Shown: in pieces, positions 16,293 through 25,309 of the stretch
How the letters are laid out: the number at the start of each line of letters is the position of its first letter
Position numbering within the stretch: the first letter of the stretch is position 1
Notes under the pieces: model-generated
What the model was told of the DNA's origin: nothing
The model's database searches: none
The model's input: the letters and a program-made list of their open reading frames with translations, nothing else
IMG/VR virus record: IMGVR_UViG_3300045074_000030
Location: 1-26,211 of that record
Origin: a virus
Lineage: Duplodnaviria > Caudoviricetes
Direction: 5' to 3' (one strand)
DNA length: 26,211 nucleotides
Translations under genes and position numbers: made by a program

Positions 16293-17554
16293 ACTGGCTG
16301 GCCGACAAGATCGAGCACTGGCCGACCGCCAAACTCATTCCTTACGCCCGCAACGCGCGCACCCACTCTGAGGAGCAGGTGGTGCAGATCGCCGCCAGCA
16401 TCGCCGAGTTCGGTTTCACCAACCCGATCCTGGCAGGCAGCGACGGCGTCATCATCGCTGGCCACGGACGGCTGGCCGCCGCGCAGAAGCTCGGGCTGGA
16501 AGTCGTGCCGGTGGTCGTGCTCGATCATCTCACCCCCACCCAGCGCCGCGCCTTGGTGATCGCCGACAACCGCATCGCCGAGAACGCCGGTTGGGACGAC
16601 GCGATGCTGCGCATCGAACTCGAAGCCTTGCAACTCGAAGGCTTCGATCTCGATCTTACCGGCTTCGACGCCGATGCGCTGGCCGATCTGCTGGCGGGTG
16701 ACGAGCCCGAGCACAGCGGCCAGACCGACGACGAGGCGGTGCCCGAGGCCCCTGAAGAACCGGTGTCCCAGCCCGGCGACGTGTGGTTGCTCGGCCCCCA
16801 TCGGTTGGTGTGCGGGGACGCCACCACCGCCGAGGCCTACGCGCTCCTGTTCCCGCACGGCGAGCGTGCGGACATGGTCTTCACCGATCCGCCCTACAAC
16901 GTGAACTACGCCAACTCGGCCAAAGACAAGCTGCGCGGCAAGCACCGTCCGATCCTCAATGACGCGCTGGGCGACGGGTTCCACGACTTCCTGCGGGATG
17001 CGCTGACGCTCTTGATCGCCCACACCCAAGGCGCGATCTACGTGGCCATGTCCTCCAGCGAGCTCGACGTGCTGCAGTCAGCCTTCCGCGCCGCCGGCGG
17101 CCACTGGTCGACCTTCATCATCTGGGCCAAGCACACCTTCACGCTGGGTCGCTCGGACTACCAGCGCCAGTACGAGCCCATCCTCTACGGCTGGCCCGAG
17201 GGGGCACAGCGCCACTGGTGCGGCGACCGCGACCAGGGCGACGTCTGGAACATCAAGAAGCCGCAGAAGAACGACCTGCACCCGACGATGAAGCCGGTCG
17301 AACTGGTCGAGCGGGCGATCCGCAACTCGAGCCGCCCGGGCAATGTGGTGCTCGACCCCTTCGGTGGTTCCGGTACGACCTTGATCGCCGCCGAGAAGTC
17401 AGGCCGCTCGGCGCGCCTGATCGAGCTCGATCCGAAGTACGTCGATGTGATCGTACGCCGCTGGCAGGACTGGACGGGCCGGCAGGCCACCCGCGAAGCC
17501 GATGGTGTGGCCTTCGATCACGCGGCCAGCGATTCCTCGACGATCTCGCAGTGA
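16289..17554 (+). CDS. ParB-N domain fused to beta-class DNA methyltransferase (DPPY, probably m6A), 421 aa
   Basis: LIPYARNARTH, IIAGHGRL; FTDPPY; HPTMKP; LDPFGGSGTT. Confidence 0.92.
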   Translation: MNWLADKIEHWPTAKLIPYARNARTHSEEQVVQIAASIAEFGFTNPILAGSDGVIIAGHGRLAAAQKLGLEVVPVVVLDHLTPTQRRALVIADNRIAENAGWDDAMLRIELEALQLEGFDLDLTGFDADALADLLAGDEPEHSGQTDDEAVPEAPEEPVSQPGDVWLLGPHRLVCGDATTAEAYALLFPHGERADMVFTDPPYNVNYANSAKDKLRGKHRPILNDALGDGFHDFLRDALTLLIAHTQGAIYVAMSSSELDVLQSAFRAAGGHWSTFIIWAKHTFTLGRSDYQRQYEPILYGWPEGAQRHWCGDRDQGDVWNIKKPQKNDLHPTMKPVELVERAIRNSSRPGNVVLDPFGGSGTTLIAAEKSGRSARLIELDPKYVDVIVRRWQDWTGRQATREADGVAFDHAASDSSTISQ

Positions 17555-17886
17555 ATCACAAAGCCCGTCAGGTAAGGCAGGCCGCGCGGGATGCCGTAGT
17601 CCTTGCTGGTCTGGCGTCCGATGGTCCAGGCCATCCATTGCCGGGTGGCGGCGTGGATCGCGTCCGCCAGGGCCTTGCCTTCGTACAGTCCGTTCTGGAC
17701 GTGGTCGGCAAAGTGGCGGCCGTGGCGGCTGTCGAGGAAGGCCCGAACCGATTCGAGGGGCTGGCCGGTGGCATCCGAGATCGCGGTCATCGCCAGGGGC
17801 CATGCGGCGCTGGCGTGCTCGTTCATCGTGCCCCAAAAGCCCCAGGCTGCGTTCTGGGTGACGGGGATGGTCTGCTGGGTCGTCAT
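17518..17886 (-). CDS. Hypothetical protein (antisense cassette 3), 122 aa
   Basis: WGFWGTM, FLDSRHGRHFAD; GGAG RBS; preceded by the conserved repeat. Confidence 0.75.
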   Translation of the reverse strand: MTTQQTIPVTQNAAWGFWGTMNEHASAAWPLAMTAISDATGQPLESVRAFLDSRHGRHFADHVQNGLYEGKALADAIHAATRQWMAWTIGRQTSKDYGIPRGLPYLTGFVIHCEIVEESLAA

Positions 17887-17922
17887 CGTGGGCTCCGTTC
17901 GGTGGATCGTTGCGATGGCTCT

Positions 17923-17966
17923 ATGAACGCGCTGTTCGATTGAGAAGCCAAGCGCTGCTTGGCTTC
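17923..17966. repeat. Cassette element copy 1: ATGAACGCGCTGTTC-N6-GAAGCCAAGC plus inverted GCTTGGCTTC
   Basis: Exact match to copies 2 and 3; 10-bp-stem hairpin at 17944-17966. Confidence 0.9.
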
Positions 17967-17983
17967 TTTCTCGATCTTTCTGC

Positions 17984-18547
17984 TCAGGCGATGCGGTAGA
18001 CCCGCTCGCCGCCCTGAGACTTCTCGGAGACGAGGTTCAGACCGAGCTTCTTTTTGAAGGCGCCGGCAAAGGTGCCGCGCACCGTGTGGGGCTGCCAGCC
18101 GGTGGCCTCGCAAATCTGGCGGACCGTGGCGCCCTCGGGGCGTTGCAGCATCCGGATCACCTCGGCCTGTTTGCTGTTCGCCCGGGTGCGCGGCTTGGCC
18201 CAGGTGGCTTCTGCCGCCGCAACCGCAGCCTCCAGTTCAGGATCGCCCGTCCCAGCTTGTGCGGCTTCAGCGTTGGCGATGATCCGGTCGAGACGGGCTT
18301 CGAATCGACCGATGCGCTGGTTGCCGAGGCCAGGGCGAGCCAGCCCCAAGGCGTCGTAGCCCTCGGCGGCGACACGCCAGCCCTCGCCATCGGGCGTGAT
18401 CAGGGCGCGGTTGAACATCCCGTCGAGCACTTTCTGGCGGGCACCGCCTTTGATGTGCTCGGGAAACCACTCGATCTTGCCGCCGGTGTGGTGGATGGCG
18501 TGGGCGAGGATGGCGTGCTGGGCGGGGGTCAGGGTGGTGGTGGTCAT
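17984..18547 (-). CDS. DUF3489 domain protein (antisense cassette 2), 187 aa
   Basis: SKQAEVIRMLQRPEGATVRQICEATGWQPHTVRGTFAG...ERVYRI; AAGGAG RBS supports start 18547. Confidence 0.85.
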   Translation of the reverse strand: MTTTTLTPAQHAILAHAIHHTGGKIEWFPEHIKGGARQKVLDGMFNRALITPDGEGWRVAAEGYDALGLARPGLGNQRIGRFEARLDRIIANAEAAQAGTGDPELEAAVAAAEATWAKPRTRANSKQAEVIRMLQRPEGATVRQICEATGWQPHTVRGTFAGAFKKKLGLNLVSEKSQGGERVYRIA

Positions 18548-18583
18548 GGTCTGCTCCTTCGCAGAGGTTGATCGGGTGACGCG

Positions 18584-18631
18584 ATGAACGCGCTGTTCGG
18601 CGGTGAAGCCAAGCGTTTTTTGCTTGGCTTC
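18584..18631. repeat. Cassette element copy 2 with hairpin
   Basis: ATGAACGCGCTGTTC-GGCGGT-GAAGCCAAGC-GTTTTTT-GCTTGGCTTC. Confidence 0.9.
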
Positions 18632-18643
18632 GTTGCTTTCCAA

Positions 18644-18850
18644 TCAGTCCTCGGCGATATCCGCTTCCGTGGCCTTCTGGCTCGATGCGCCGAGTTCGAC
18701 GCCCGCTTTGAAGGCCGCTTCCAGCGCGTCCTTGAGGCACCACACCGCCACGTCGTGGAAATCGAGGCTGTCGGCGTGTCGGGTTTGCAGGGTGTCGATG
18801 CCCAGGTGCTTGCGGGCGATCAGGGTGAGGACGGTGTCGATCTGGTTCAT
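18644..18850 (-). CDS. DUF6900-like small protein (antisense cassette 1), 68 aa
   Basis: IARKHLGIDTLQTRHADSLDFHDVAVWCLKDALEAAFKAG; AAAGGA RBS. Confidence 0.8.
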   Translation of the reverse strand: MNQIDTVLTLIARKHLGIDTLQTRHADSLDFHDVAVWCLKDALEAAFKAGVELGASSQKATEADIAED

Positions 18851-18884
18851 GGCGTTTCCTTTCGGGGATGGTTGGCGTGACGTG

Positions 18885-18915
18885 ATGAACGCGCTGTTCC
18901 CGATGGAAGCCAAGC
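18885..18915. repeat. Cassette element copy 3 (no inverted arm)
   Basis: ATGAACGCGCTGTTC-CCGATG-GAAGCCAAGC. Confidence 0.9.
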
Positions 18916-18957
18916 TCAATTCGCAGATTGACGAACAGATGATTGAAGAAGGTGACG

Positions 18958-19503
18958 ATGGGACTGTCCATTCGCGCCTACGCGCGCCACCGTGGCGTGT
19001 CGCACGTGGCCGTGAAGAAGGCCATCGACACCGGGCGGATCACGCCGCTGCCGGACGGCACGATTGACCCGGATGCGGCGGACGCGCAGTGGGCACAGAA
19101 CACATTGCAACCCCGCAAGGTGGCAGCGCCGGAGAAGGTCAGCCCCGCGAAGGCGCGCGTACTGCCCGAGCGTGAGGTGCCCGAACCCGGCACCCCACCG
19201 TTGTCGACGGGCGGCACATCGCTGCTGCAGGCGCGCACGGTCAACGAGGTGGTCAAGGCGCAAACCAACAAGGTGCGCCTGGCCCGTCTCAAAGGCGAGC
19301 TGGTGGATCGGCCGCAGGCCATCGCCCATGTTTTCAAGTTGGCGCGATCAGAACGCGATGCGTGGCTCAACTGGCCCGCACGCATCTCGGCACAGATGGC
19401 AGCCAAGCTCGGCGTCGATCCGCACACGATGCACATCGCCCTGGAGGCGGCGGTGCGTGAGCACCTGATCGAACTGGGCGAGCTGCGTCCACGGGTGGAC
19501 TGA
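18958..19503 (+). CDS. Terminase small subunit (Nu1-like), 181 aa
   Basis: N-terminal HTH MGLSIRAYARHRGVSHVAVKKAI, coiled RLARLKGELVD; coupled to terL. Confidence 0.8.
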   Translation: MGLSIRAYARHRGVSHVAVKKAIDTGRITPLPDGTIDPDAADAQWAQNTLQPRKVAAPEKVSPAKARVLPEREVPEPGTPPLSTGGTSLLQARTVNEVVKAQTNKVRLARLKGELVDRPQAIAHVFKLARSERDAWLNWPARISAQMAAKLGVDPHTMHIALEAAVREHLIELGELRPRVD

Positions 19504-21476
19504 TGGAATTCGAGTACGAAGGCGCGGCCGAGATCGAACGCGCGTGGCGCGAGGGGCTGACGCCCGATCCGCTGCTCACCGTGTCCGAGTGGGCCGACCG
19601 TCACCGGGTGCTGTCCAGCAAGGCCTCTGCCGAACCGGGGCGCTGGCGCACCAGCCGCACGCCGTACCTGAAGGCCATCATGGATTGCCTGTCGCCGACC
19701 TCGCCGGTCGAGCGGGTGGTGTTCATGAAGGCCGCCCAGTTGGGGGCCACCGAGATGGGCTCGAACTGGATCGGCTACGTCATCCACCACGCGCCCGGGC
19801 CGATGATGGCGGTGTGGCCGACGGTGGAGATGGCCAAGCGCAACTCCAAACAGCGGATCGACCCGCTGATCGAGGAGTCGCCGGTGCTCTCCGAACTGAT
19901 CGCACCGGCGAGGAGCCGCGATTCGGGCAACACCATCCTGGCCAAGGAGTTCCGCGGCGGCGTGCTGGTGATGACCGGCGCGAACAGCGCCGTGGGCCTG
20001 CGTTCAATGCCGGTGCGCTACCTGTTCCTCGACGAGGTGGACGGCTATCCCCTGGACGTCGAGGGCGAAGGCGATGCGATCTCGCTGGCCGAGGCCCGCA
20101 CGCGCACCTTTGCGCGGCGCAAGATCTTCATCGTCTCGACGCCGACGATCTCTGGGGCATCGGCTATCGAGCGCGAGTATGAGGCCAGCGACCAGCGGCG
20201 CTACTTCGTGCCGTGTCCGCATTGCTCGCACCGGCAGTGGCTGCGTTTCGAGCAGCTGCTTTGGGACAAAGGGCAACCGGAAACCGCTGCCTACATCTGC
20301 GAGTCATGTGACACCGCGATTGCCGAGCATCACAAGACATGGATGCTGGAGCATGGCGAGTGGCGCGCGCTTGTCCCCGAGAACGGGGTCAAGACAGCGG
20401 GCTTTCACCTGTCCTCGCTGTACAGCCCGGTGGGTTGGCGCTCGTGGCGGGACATCGCCGCAGCCTGGGAGGCTGCGGTCAGCAAGGAGTCCGGGTCGGC
20501 TGCGGCGATCAAGACCTTCAAGAACACCGAGCTGGGTGAAACCTGGGTCGAGGAAGGCGAAGCGCCGGACTGGCAGCGGCTGGTCGAGCGGCGAGAGGAC
20601 TATCCGCTGGGCCGGGTGCCCGAGGGTGGCCTGTTGCTGGTGGGCGGTGCCGACGTGCAGAAGGATCGCATCGAGGCGTCGGTCTGGGCCTTCGGGCGCG
20701 GCAAGGAGAGCTGGCTCATCGAGCACCGGGTGCTGATGGGCGACACCGCCCGTGACGCGGTGTGGAAGCGCCTCGCAGAGATGCTGGCCGAGACCTGGAC
20801 GCACGCTGGCGGGGCGCAGATGCCACTGGCCCGCTTCGCGCTGGACACCGGCTTTGCGACCCAGGAGGCCTACGCCTTCGTGCGGCAGGTGCGCGACAGC
20901 CGGGTGATGGCGGTCAAGGGCGTGCGAAGTGGTGCGATGGGGGGCGCCGCCTTGATCGGCACGCCAACGGCGGTGGACGTCTCCCAGGCGGGCAAGAAGC
21001 TGCGCCGGGGTATCAAGGTCTACAGCGTGGCAGTGGGCATCGCCAAGCTCGAGCTCTACAACAACCTGCGCAAGAGCGCAGATGTTGGCGAGGACGGATT
21101 GACCACGGTGTTCCCGGCCGGGTTCGTCCATCTGCCCAAAATCGATGCCGAGTTCATCCAGCAACTCTGCGCGGAGCAACTGATCACCCGCCGTGACCGC
21201 AACGGCTTCCCGGTGCGCGAGTGGCAAAAGATGCGCGAGCGCAACGAGGCGCTCGACTGCTACGTCTACGCCCGCGCGGCCGCATCCAGCGCGGGACTGG
21301 ATCGCTTTGAGGAACGCCACTGGCGCGAACTGGAGCGACAACTGGGGCTGGCAAGTCCGCCAGCCCTTGAAACACCTACTGAATCGATCAACGAGGCCAC
21401 CCAACGCGGTGGCCTCGCTGTTTCTGGCAACCGTAACACCGGTCGGCGCGTGATCAAAAGCCGCTGGCTGTCCTGA
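19503..21476 (+). CDS. Terminase large subunit, lambda gpA family, 657 aa
   Basis: VSEWAD, KAAQLGATE, LFLDEVDGY, STPT, CPHC/CESC, GADVQ, RNEALDCYVYA. Confidence 0.95.
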   Translation: MEFEYEGAAEIERAWREGLTPDPLLTVSEWADRHRVLSSKASAEPGRWRTSRTPYLKAIMDCLSPTSPVERVVFMKAAQLGATEMGSNWIGYVIHHAPGPMMAVWPTVEMAKRNSKQRIDPLIEESPVLSELIAPARSRDSGNTILAKEFRGGVLVMTGANSAVGLRSMPVRYLFLDEVDGYPLDVEGEGDAISLAEARTRTFARRKIFIVSTPTISGASAIEREYEASDQRRYFVPCPHCSHRQWLRFEQLLWDKGQPETAAYICESCDTAIAEHHKTWMLEHGEWRALVPENGVKTAGFHLSSLYSPVGWRSWRDIAAAWEAAVSKESGSAAAIKTFKNTELGETWVEEGEAPDWQRLVERREDYPLGRVPEGGLLLVGGADVQKDRIEASVWAFGRGKESWLIEHRVLMGDTARDAVWKRLAEMLAETWTHAGGAQMPLARFALDTGFATQEAYAFVRQVRDSRVMAVKGVRSGAMGGAALIGTPTAVDVSQAGKKLRRGIKVYSVAVGIAKLELYNNLRKSADVGEDGLTTVFPAGFVHLPKIDAEFIQQLCAEQLITRRDRNGFPVREWQKMRERNEALDCYVYARAAASSAGLDRFEERHWRELERQLGLASPPALETPTESINEATQRGGLAVSGNRNTGRRVIKSRWLS

Positions 21477-21493
21477 CACATCAAGGAGAAAAC

Positions 21494-21985
21494 ATGAGTC
21501 TTGCTACCCGTATCGAAAGCCTGGTCATCCGCGTCGCGCAGGAGTTCAACGACGTCCGCGCCAAGGCAGGCAACCTGGCCAACCTCACCACCACCGACAA
21601 GTCGAATCTGGTCGCGGCCATCAACGAACTGAAAGCCGCCGTGGTGTCGTCGGCGGTGATCGACGATGCGCACGTCGCGGCCACGACCACGTACTCGTCC
21701 AACAAGATCGTCTCACTGCTCGATGCGCTCAAGACCGAGATCTTGGGCGGTGCCGATGCCGCCTACGACACGCTGGTGGAAATCCAGCAACTGCTGCAGA
21801 ACGGCACCAGTGGTCTGGATGCCTTGCTGGCCGCCGTCAACAACCGCGTGCGCTTCGATGCGGCGCAATCGCTGACCGTGGCCGAGCAACTTCAGGCACG
21901 CAGCAACATCGGTGCCGTCGCGACCAGTGATGTCGGCAACACCGACACTGACTTCGTCGCGGTCTTTGTGGGTGCGCTGGTCTGA
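21494..21985 (+). CDS. Putative virion fibre/appendage protein, 163 aa
   Basis: LTTTDKSNLVAAINEL, AYDTLVEI and QARSNIG motifs, as seen in phage fibre proteins; AAGGAG RBS. Confidence 0.55.
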   Translation: MSLATRIESLVIRVAQEFNDVRAKAGNLANLTTTDKSNLVAAINELKAAVVSSAVIDDAHVAATTTYSSNKIVSLLDALKTEILGGADAAYDTLVEIQQLLQNGTSGLDALLAAVNNRVRFDAAQSLTVAEQLQARSNIGAVATSDVGNTDTDFVAVFVGALV

Positions 21986-22377
21986 TGAGCCTCGCATCGC
22001 GCATCAGTGCGCTGGCCAGCCGCGTCGGGCTCGAGGTCAAGACTAAGATCGACGCCACCCACCCCGGCGTGGCCCGGGCGTGGGTGTGTTTCGGCTATGT
22101 CGGCACGCAGGTCGTCGTGCGTGCATCGCACAACGTGGCCAGCGTGACCCGGACGGCGGCAGGCCGCTACCGCGTGACCTTCGCCACCGCCATGCCGGAC
22201 GCCAACTACTGCTGGACGGCGCTCGCCCGCAGCAGCACCAACAGCGGCACGCAGCGCGTTGCCATCGTGCGATCCAGCACCGACCTGAAGACCGCCCAGT
22301 ACGTCGACATCAGTTGCGCTACCACCACCGCATCGTTCGACGACTCCTCCGAAATCAACCTCACGGTGTTCCGTTGA
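21985..22377 (+). CDS. Putative fibre-tip beta-rich protein, 130 aa
   Basis: ARAWVCF...SHNVASVTRTAAGRYRVTFATAMPDANY; coupled on both sides. Confidence 0.55.
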   Translation: MSLASRISALASRVGLEVKTKIDATHPGVARAWVCFGYVGTQVVVRASHNVASVTRTAAGRYRVTFATAMPDANYCWTALARSSTNSGTQRVAIVRSSTDLKTAQYVDISCATTTASFDDSSEINLTVFR

Positions 22378-22598
22378 TGGCCTACACACAAGCACACCTC
22401 GACGCACTGGAAGCGGCGCTGGTCAAGGGCGAAAAGCGCGTGACCTTTGGCGACAAGACCGTCGAGTACCGCAGCGTCGATGAACTCCAGGCTGCCATAG
22501 CGGCGGTCAAGCGCGACCTCTTCGAGCAGGCCGTAGACACCGGACTGTGGCCTGGCGCGCCACGCCAGATCCGGGTCACCACCGGCAAAGGGTTCTGA
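22377..22598 (+). CDS. Head-tail joining protein, gpW-like, 73 aa
   Basis: LDALEAALVKGEKRVTFGDKTVEYRSVDEL; position directly before the portal gene. Confidence 0.85.
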   Translation: MAYTQAHLDALEAALVKGEKRVTFGDKTVEYRSVDELQAAIAAVKRDLFEQAVDTGLWPGAPRQIRVTTGKGF

Positions 22599-22600
22599 AC

Positions 22601-24088
22601 ATGGCGTGGTATTCCAAAATCCGCAGCCTGTTCGGCCCGTCACCTGTTCACGAAGCAGCCGGACGCGGGCGGCGAGCCCTTGCGTGGATGCCTGGGAATC
22701 CGGGCGCCGTGGCCGCCATGCTGGCGACCTCCCACGAGCTGCGTGTGAAATCGCGTGACCTGGTGCGCCGCAACGCCTGGGCCAACGCCGGAATCGAAGC
22801 CTTCGTGTCCAACGCAGTCGGCACCGGCATCAAGCCGCAGTCGATGGCCAAGGACGAAACCTTCCGCGCTGACGTGCAAGCGCTGTGGCGCGACTGGACC
22901 GAGCAGGCCGACGCCAGCGGGCAGACCGATTTCTACGGCCTGCAGGCGCTGGCTGCCCGGGCGATGTGCGAAGGGGGTGAATGTCTGATCCGGTTGCGCC
23001 CCCGCCGCCCCGAGGACGGTCTGGTCGTGCCGCTGCAACTGCAGTTGCTCGAGGCCGAACACCTGCCGCTGAATCTCAACACGGAACTGCCGTCAGGCAA
23101 TGTCGTGCGCTCCGGCATCGAATTCGATTCGATGGGGCGGCGGGTGGCGTATCACCTGTACCGCTCGCATCCGGAGGACGGCCGGCTTTCCCCGATGTCC
23201 GGACAAGGCGGCCAGGACACGGTGCGCGTGCCGGCGGACGAGATCATGCACCTCTACCGCGTGCTGCGCCCCGGACAGATCCGGGGCGAACCGTGGCTGG
23301 CGCGCGCACTGGTCAAGCTCAACGAACTCGACCAGTACGACGACGCCGAGCTCGTGCGCAAGAAAACCGCCGCGATGTTCGCGGGCTTCATCACGCGCCT
23401 GTCTCCCGAGGACAACCTGCTGGGTGAAGGCGTGGCCAACGATGCAGGCATCGCGCTGGCGGGAATGGAGCCCGGGACGCTGCAAATCCTGGAACCCGGC
23501 GAGGACGTGAAATTCTCCGATCCCGCCGACGTGGGTGGCAGCTACGGCGAATTTCTGCGCGCGCAGTTTCGCGCGGTCGCCGCCGCCATTGGCGTGACCT
23601 ATGAGCAACTGACCGGCGACCTCTCCGGGGTCAACTACTCGTCGATCCGGGCCGGAATGCTGGAGTTTCGCCGCCGCACCGAGGCCATCCAGCACGGCGT
23701 GCTGGTGCATCAGCTCTGCCGTCCGGTCTGGAATGCTTGGCTCGATCAGGCGGTGCTGGCAGGCGCCATGAAGGCTCCGGGCTATGCCCGCCGCCGCCGT
23801 GACTACACCGCCTGCAAATGGATTCCGCAGGGCTGGCAATGGGTCGATCCCGAAAAGGAATTCAAGGCGATGTTGCTGGCGATCCGCGCAGGACTGATCA
23901 GCCGTTCGGAAGCCATCTCGGCCTTCGGCTACGACGCCGAGGATGTCGACCGCGAAATCGCCGCCGACAACCAGCGCGCCGATGAGCTTGGCCTGATCTT
24001 TGACTCCGATCCGCGTCGCACCTCCAAGGATGGCGGCAGCGCCGAGCCCAACGCACAGGCCACCGACAGCAATCAGTCGTCCGCCTGA
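22601..24088 (+). CDS. Portal protein, lambda family, 495 aa
   Basis: SRDLVRRN, RPGQIRGEP, LTGDLSGVNYSSIRAG, WVDPEKE. Confidence 0.95.
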   Translation: MAWYSKIRSLFGPSPVHEAAGRGRRALAWMPGNPGAVAAMLATSHELRVKSRDLVRRNAWANAGIEAFVSNAVGTGIKPQSMAKDETFRADVQALWRDWTEQADASGQTDFYGLQALAARAMCEGGECLIRLRPRRPEDGLVVPLQLQLLEAEHLPLNLNTELPSGNVVRSGIEFDSMGRRVAYHLYRSHPEDGRLSPMSGQGGQDTVRVPADEIMHLYRVLRPGQIRGEPWLARALVKLNELDQYDDAELVRKKTAAMFAGFITRLSPEDNLLGEGVANDAGIALAGMEPGTLQILEPGEDVKFSDPADVGGSYGEFLRAQFRAVAAAIGVTYEQLTGDLSGVNYSSIRAGMLEFRRRTEAIQHGVLVHQLCRPVWNAWLDQAVLAGAMKAPGYARRRRDYTACKWIPQGWQWVDPEKEFKAMLLAIRAGLISRSEAISAFGYDAEDVDREIAADNQRADELGLIFDSDPRRTSKDGGSAEPNAQATDSNQSSA

Positions 24089-24099
24089 AGGAACACCCC

Positions 24100-25308
24100 A
24101 TGACCCTGCTACCGCACATGGCGGCGCGCATCTTTGGCGCGCCGCTGCTGATCCATCGCCCAAAACTTGAAGTCATCCTCGCCGTTCTGGGGTCACGCAT
24201 CGGCCTGACGGAAAGCGGCACGGCGATTCCGTTACCCGCTACGCGCAGTCCGCCCGCCTCGGATAGTGGCATCGCCATCCTGCCGATCTACGGCACGCTG
24301 GTGCGGCGCACCGTCGGACTGGAAGCAGCCTCCGGCCTGACCAGCTACCAGGACATCGCCGCCCAGCTCGATGCCGCCGTTGCCGACCCCTCGGTGGCCG
24401 CCATCGTGCTCGACATCGATAGCCCGGGCGGTGAGTCCGGTGGTGTGTTCGATCTCGCCGACCGCGTGCGTGCTGCCGCGCAGATCAAACCGGTCTGGGC
24501 GCTGGCCAATGACATGGCGTACTCGGCGGCCTACGCCATCGGGTCGGCGGCGAGCCGCTTCTTTGTCACCCGCACCGGCGGCGTCGGCTCGATTGGCGTC
24601 ATTGCCATGCACGCCGATCAGTCGGTGAAGGACGCCAAGGACGGCGTCCGCTACACCACCGTCTTTGCCGGAGCGCGCAAGAACGACCTCAACCCGCACG
24701 AGCCGATCTCGGACGAAGCCCACGCGTTTCTCAAGCGCGAGGTGGATCGGATCTACGGCTTGTTCGTCGACACCGTGGCCAGCCATCGCGGCCTCACCAA
24801 TGACGCGGTGCGCGCCACCGAAGCGGGCGTGTTCTTCGGGGCCGATGCCGTTGCCGCTGGCCTTGCCGATGCCGTCGGCACTCTCGACGACCTGCTGGCC
24901 GAACTCACCGCTGCACTTTCACCCCCTCCGGCGCTCGCGGCTGCGGCGCTGGGACACCTTCACCAACCACGACTGGAGCATTTCATGAATGAACCCGGAA
25001 CCACTGCTGACCCTGGGGTTGGCGCTGATGCTGATCGCGTTGATGGCACGCCCCCGCAGATGACCATCGAGGACGCGCAGGAGGTCGCCGAACTGTGCGC
25101 ACTGGCGGGATGTCCCGAACGCATTGCCGGTTTTCTGGCAACGCGCACCCCGGCAGCCACGGTGCGCCGCCATCTGCTGACGGCGCGCGCCACCGGGCAG
25201 GAGATCAGCAGCCTGATCACCCCGAACGCTGCCACCTCGGCGGCGCAATCCCTCAACGACAACCCCTTGGTGCTGGCCGCTCGCGCCCGCGCCGGACTGG
25301 AGAAGTGA
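24100..25308 (+). CDS. S49 family head maturation protease (lambda gpC-like) with C-terminal scaffold region, 402 aa
   Basis: LDIDSPGG, AYSAAYAIGS, VGSIGV. Confidence 0.92.
   Translation: MTLLPHMAARIFGAPLLIHRPKLEVILAVLGSRIGLTESGTAIPLPATRSPPASDSGIAILPIYGTLVRRTVGLEAASGLTSYQDIAAQLDAAVADPSVAAIVLDIDSPGGESGGVFDLADRVRAAAQIKPVWALANDMAYSAAYAIGSAASRFFVTRTGGVGSIGVIAMHADQSVKDAKDGVRYTTVFAGARKNDLNPHEPISDEAHAFLKREVDRIYGLFVDTVASHRGLTNDAVRATEAGVFFGADAVAAGLADAVGTLDDLLAELTAALSPPPALAAAALGHLHQPRLEHFMNEPGTTADPGVGADADRVDGTPPQMTIEDAQEVAELCALAGCPERIAGFLATRTPAATVRRHLLTARATGQEISSLITPNAATSAAQSLNDNPLVLAARARAGLEK
24985..25308 (+). CDS. Probable in-frame internally initiated scaffolding protein (Nu3-like), 107 aa
   Basis: GGAG at 24975-24978, 6 nt before an in-frame ATG at 24985, located after the protease domain. 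Confidence 0.55.
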   Translation: MNEPGTTADPGVGADADRVDGTPPQMTIEDAQEVAELCALAGCPERIAGFLATRTPAATVRRHLLTARATGQEISSLITPNAATSAAQSLNDNPLVLAARARAGLEK

Positions 25309-25309
25309 C

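Noticed and set aside
17925-17937. Host SOS box (GAAC-N5-GTTC)
   Set aside because: Spacing differs from the Gram-positive GAAC-N4-GTTC box and does not match the beta/gamma-proteobacterial CTGT-N8-ACAG box.
17923-18915. CRISPR array or integron attC sites
   Set aside because: The repeats are separated by whole genes (about 300-660 bp apart), have a variable 6-bp centre, and lack attC RYYYAAC/GTTRRRY ends; no integron integrase is present.
22547-22600. Longer upstream starts from the ORF track (also 3950, 6240, 7523, 8663, 13411, 22080, 25600)
   Set aside because: They overlap upstream genes; downstream ATGs with RBS or stop-start coupling fit better.
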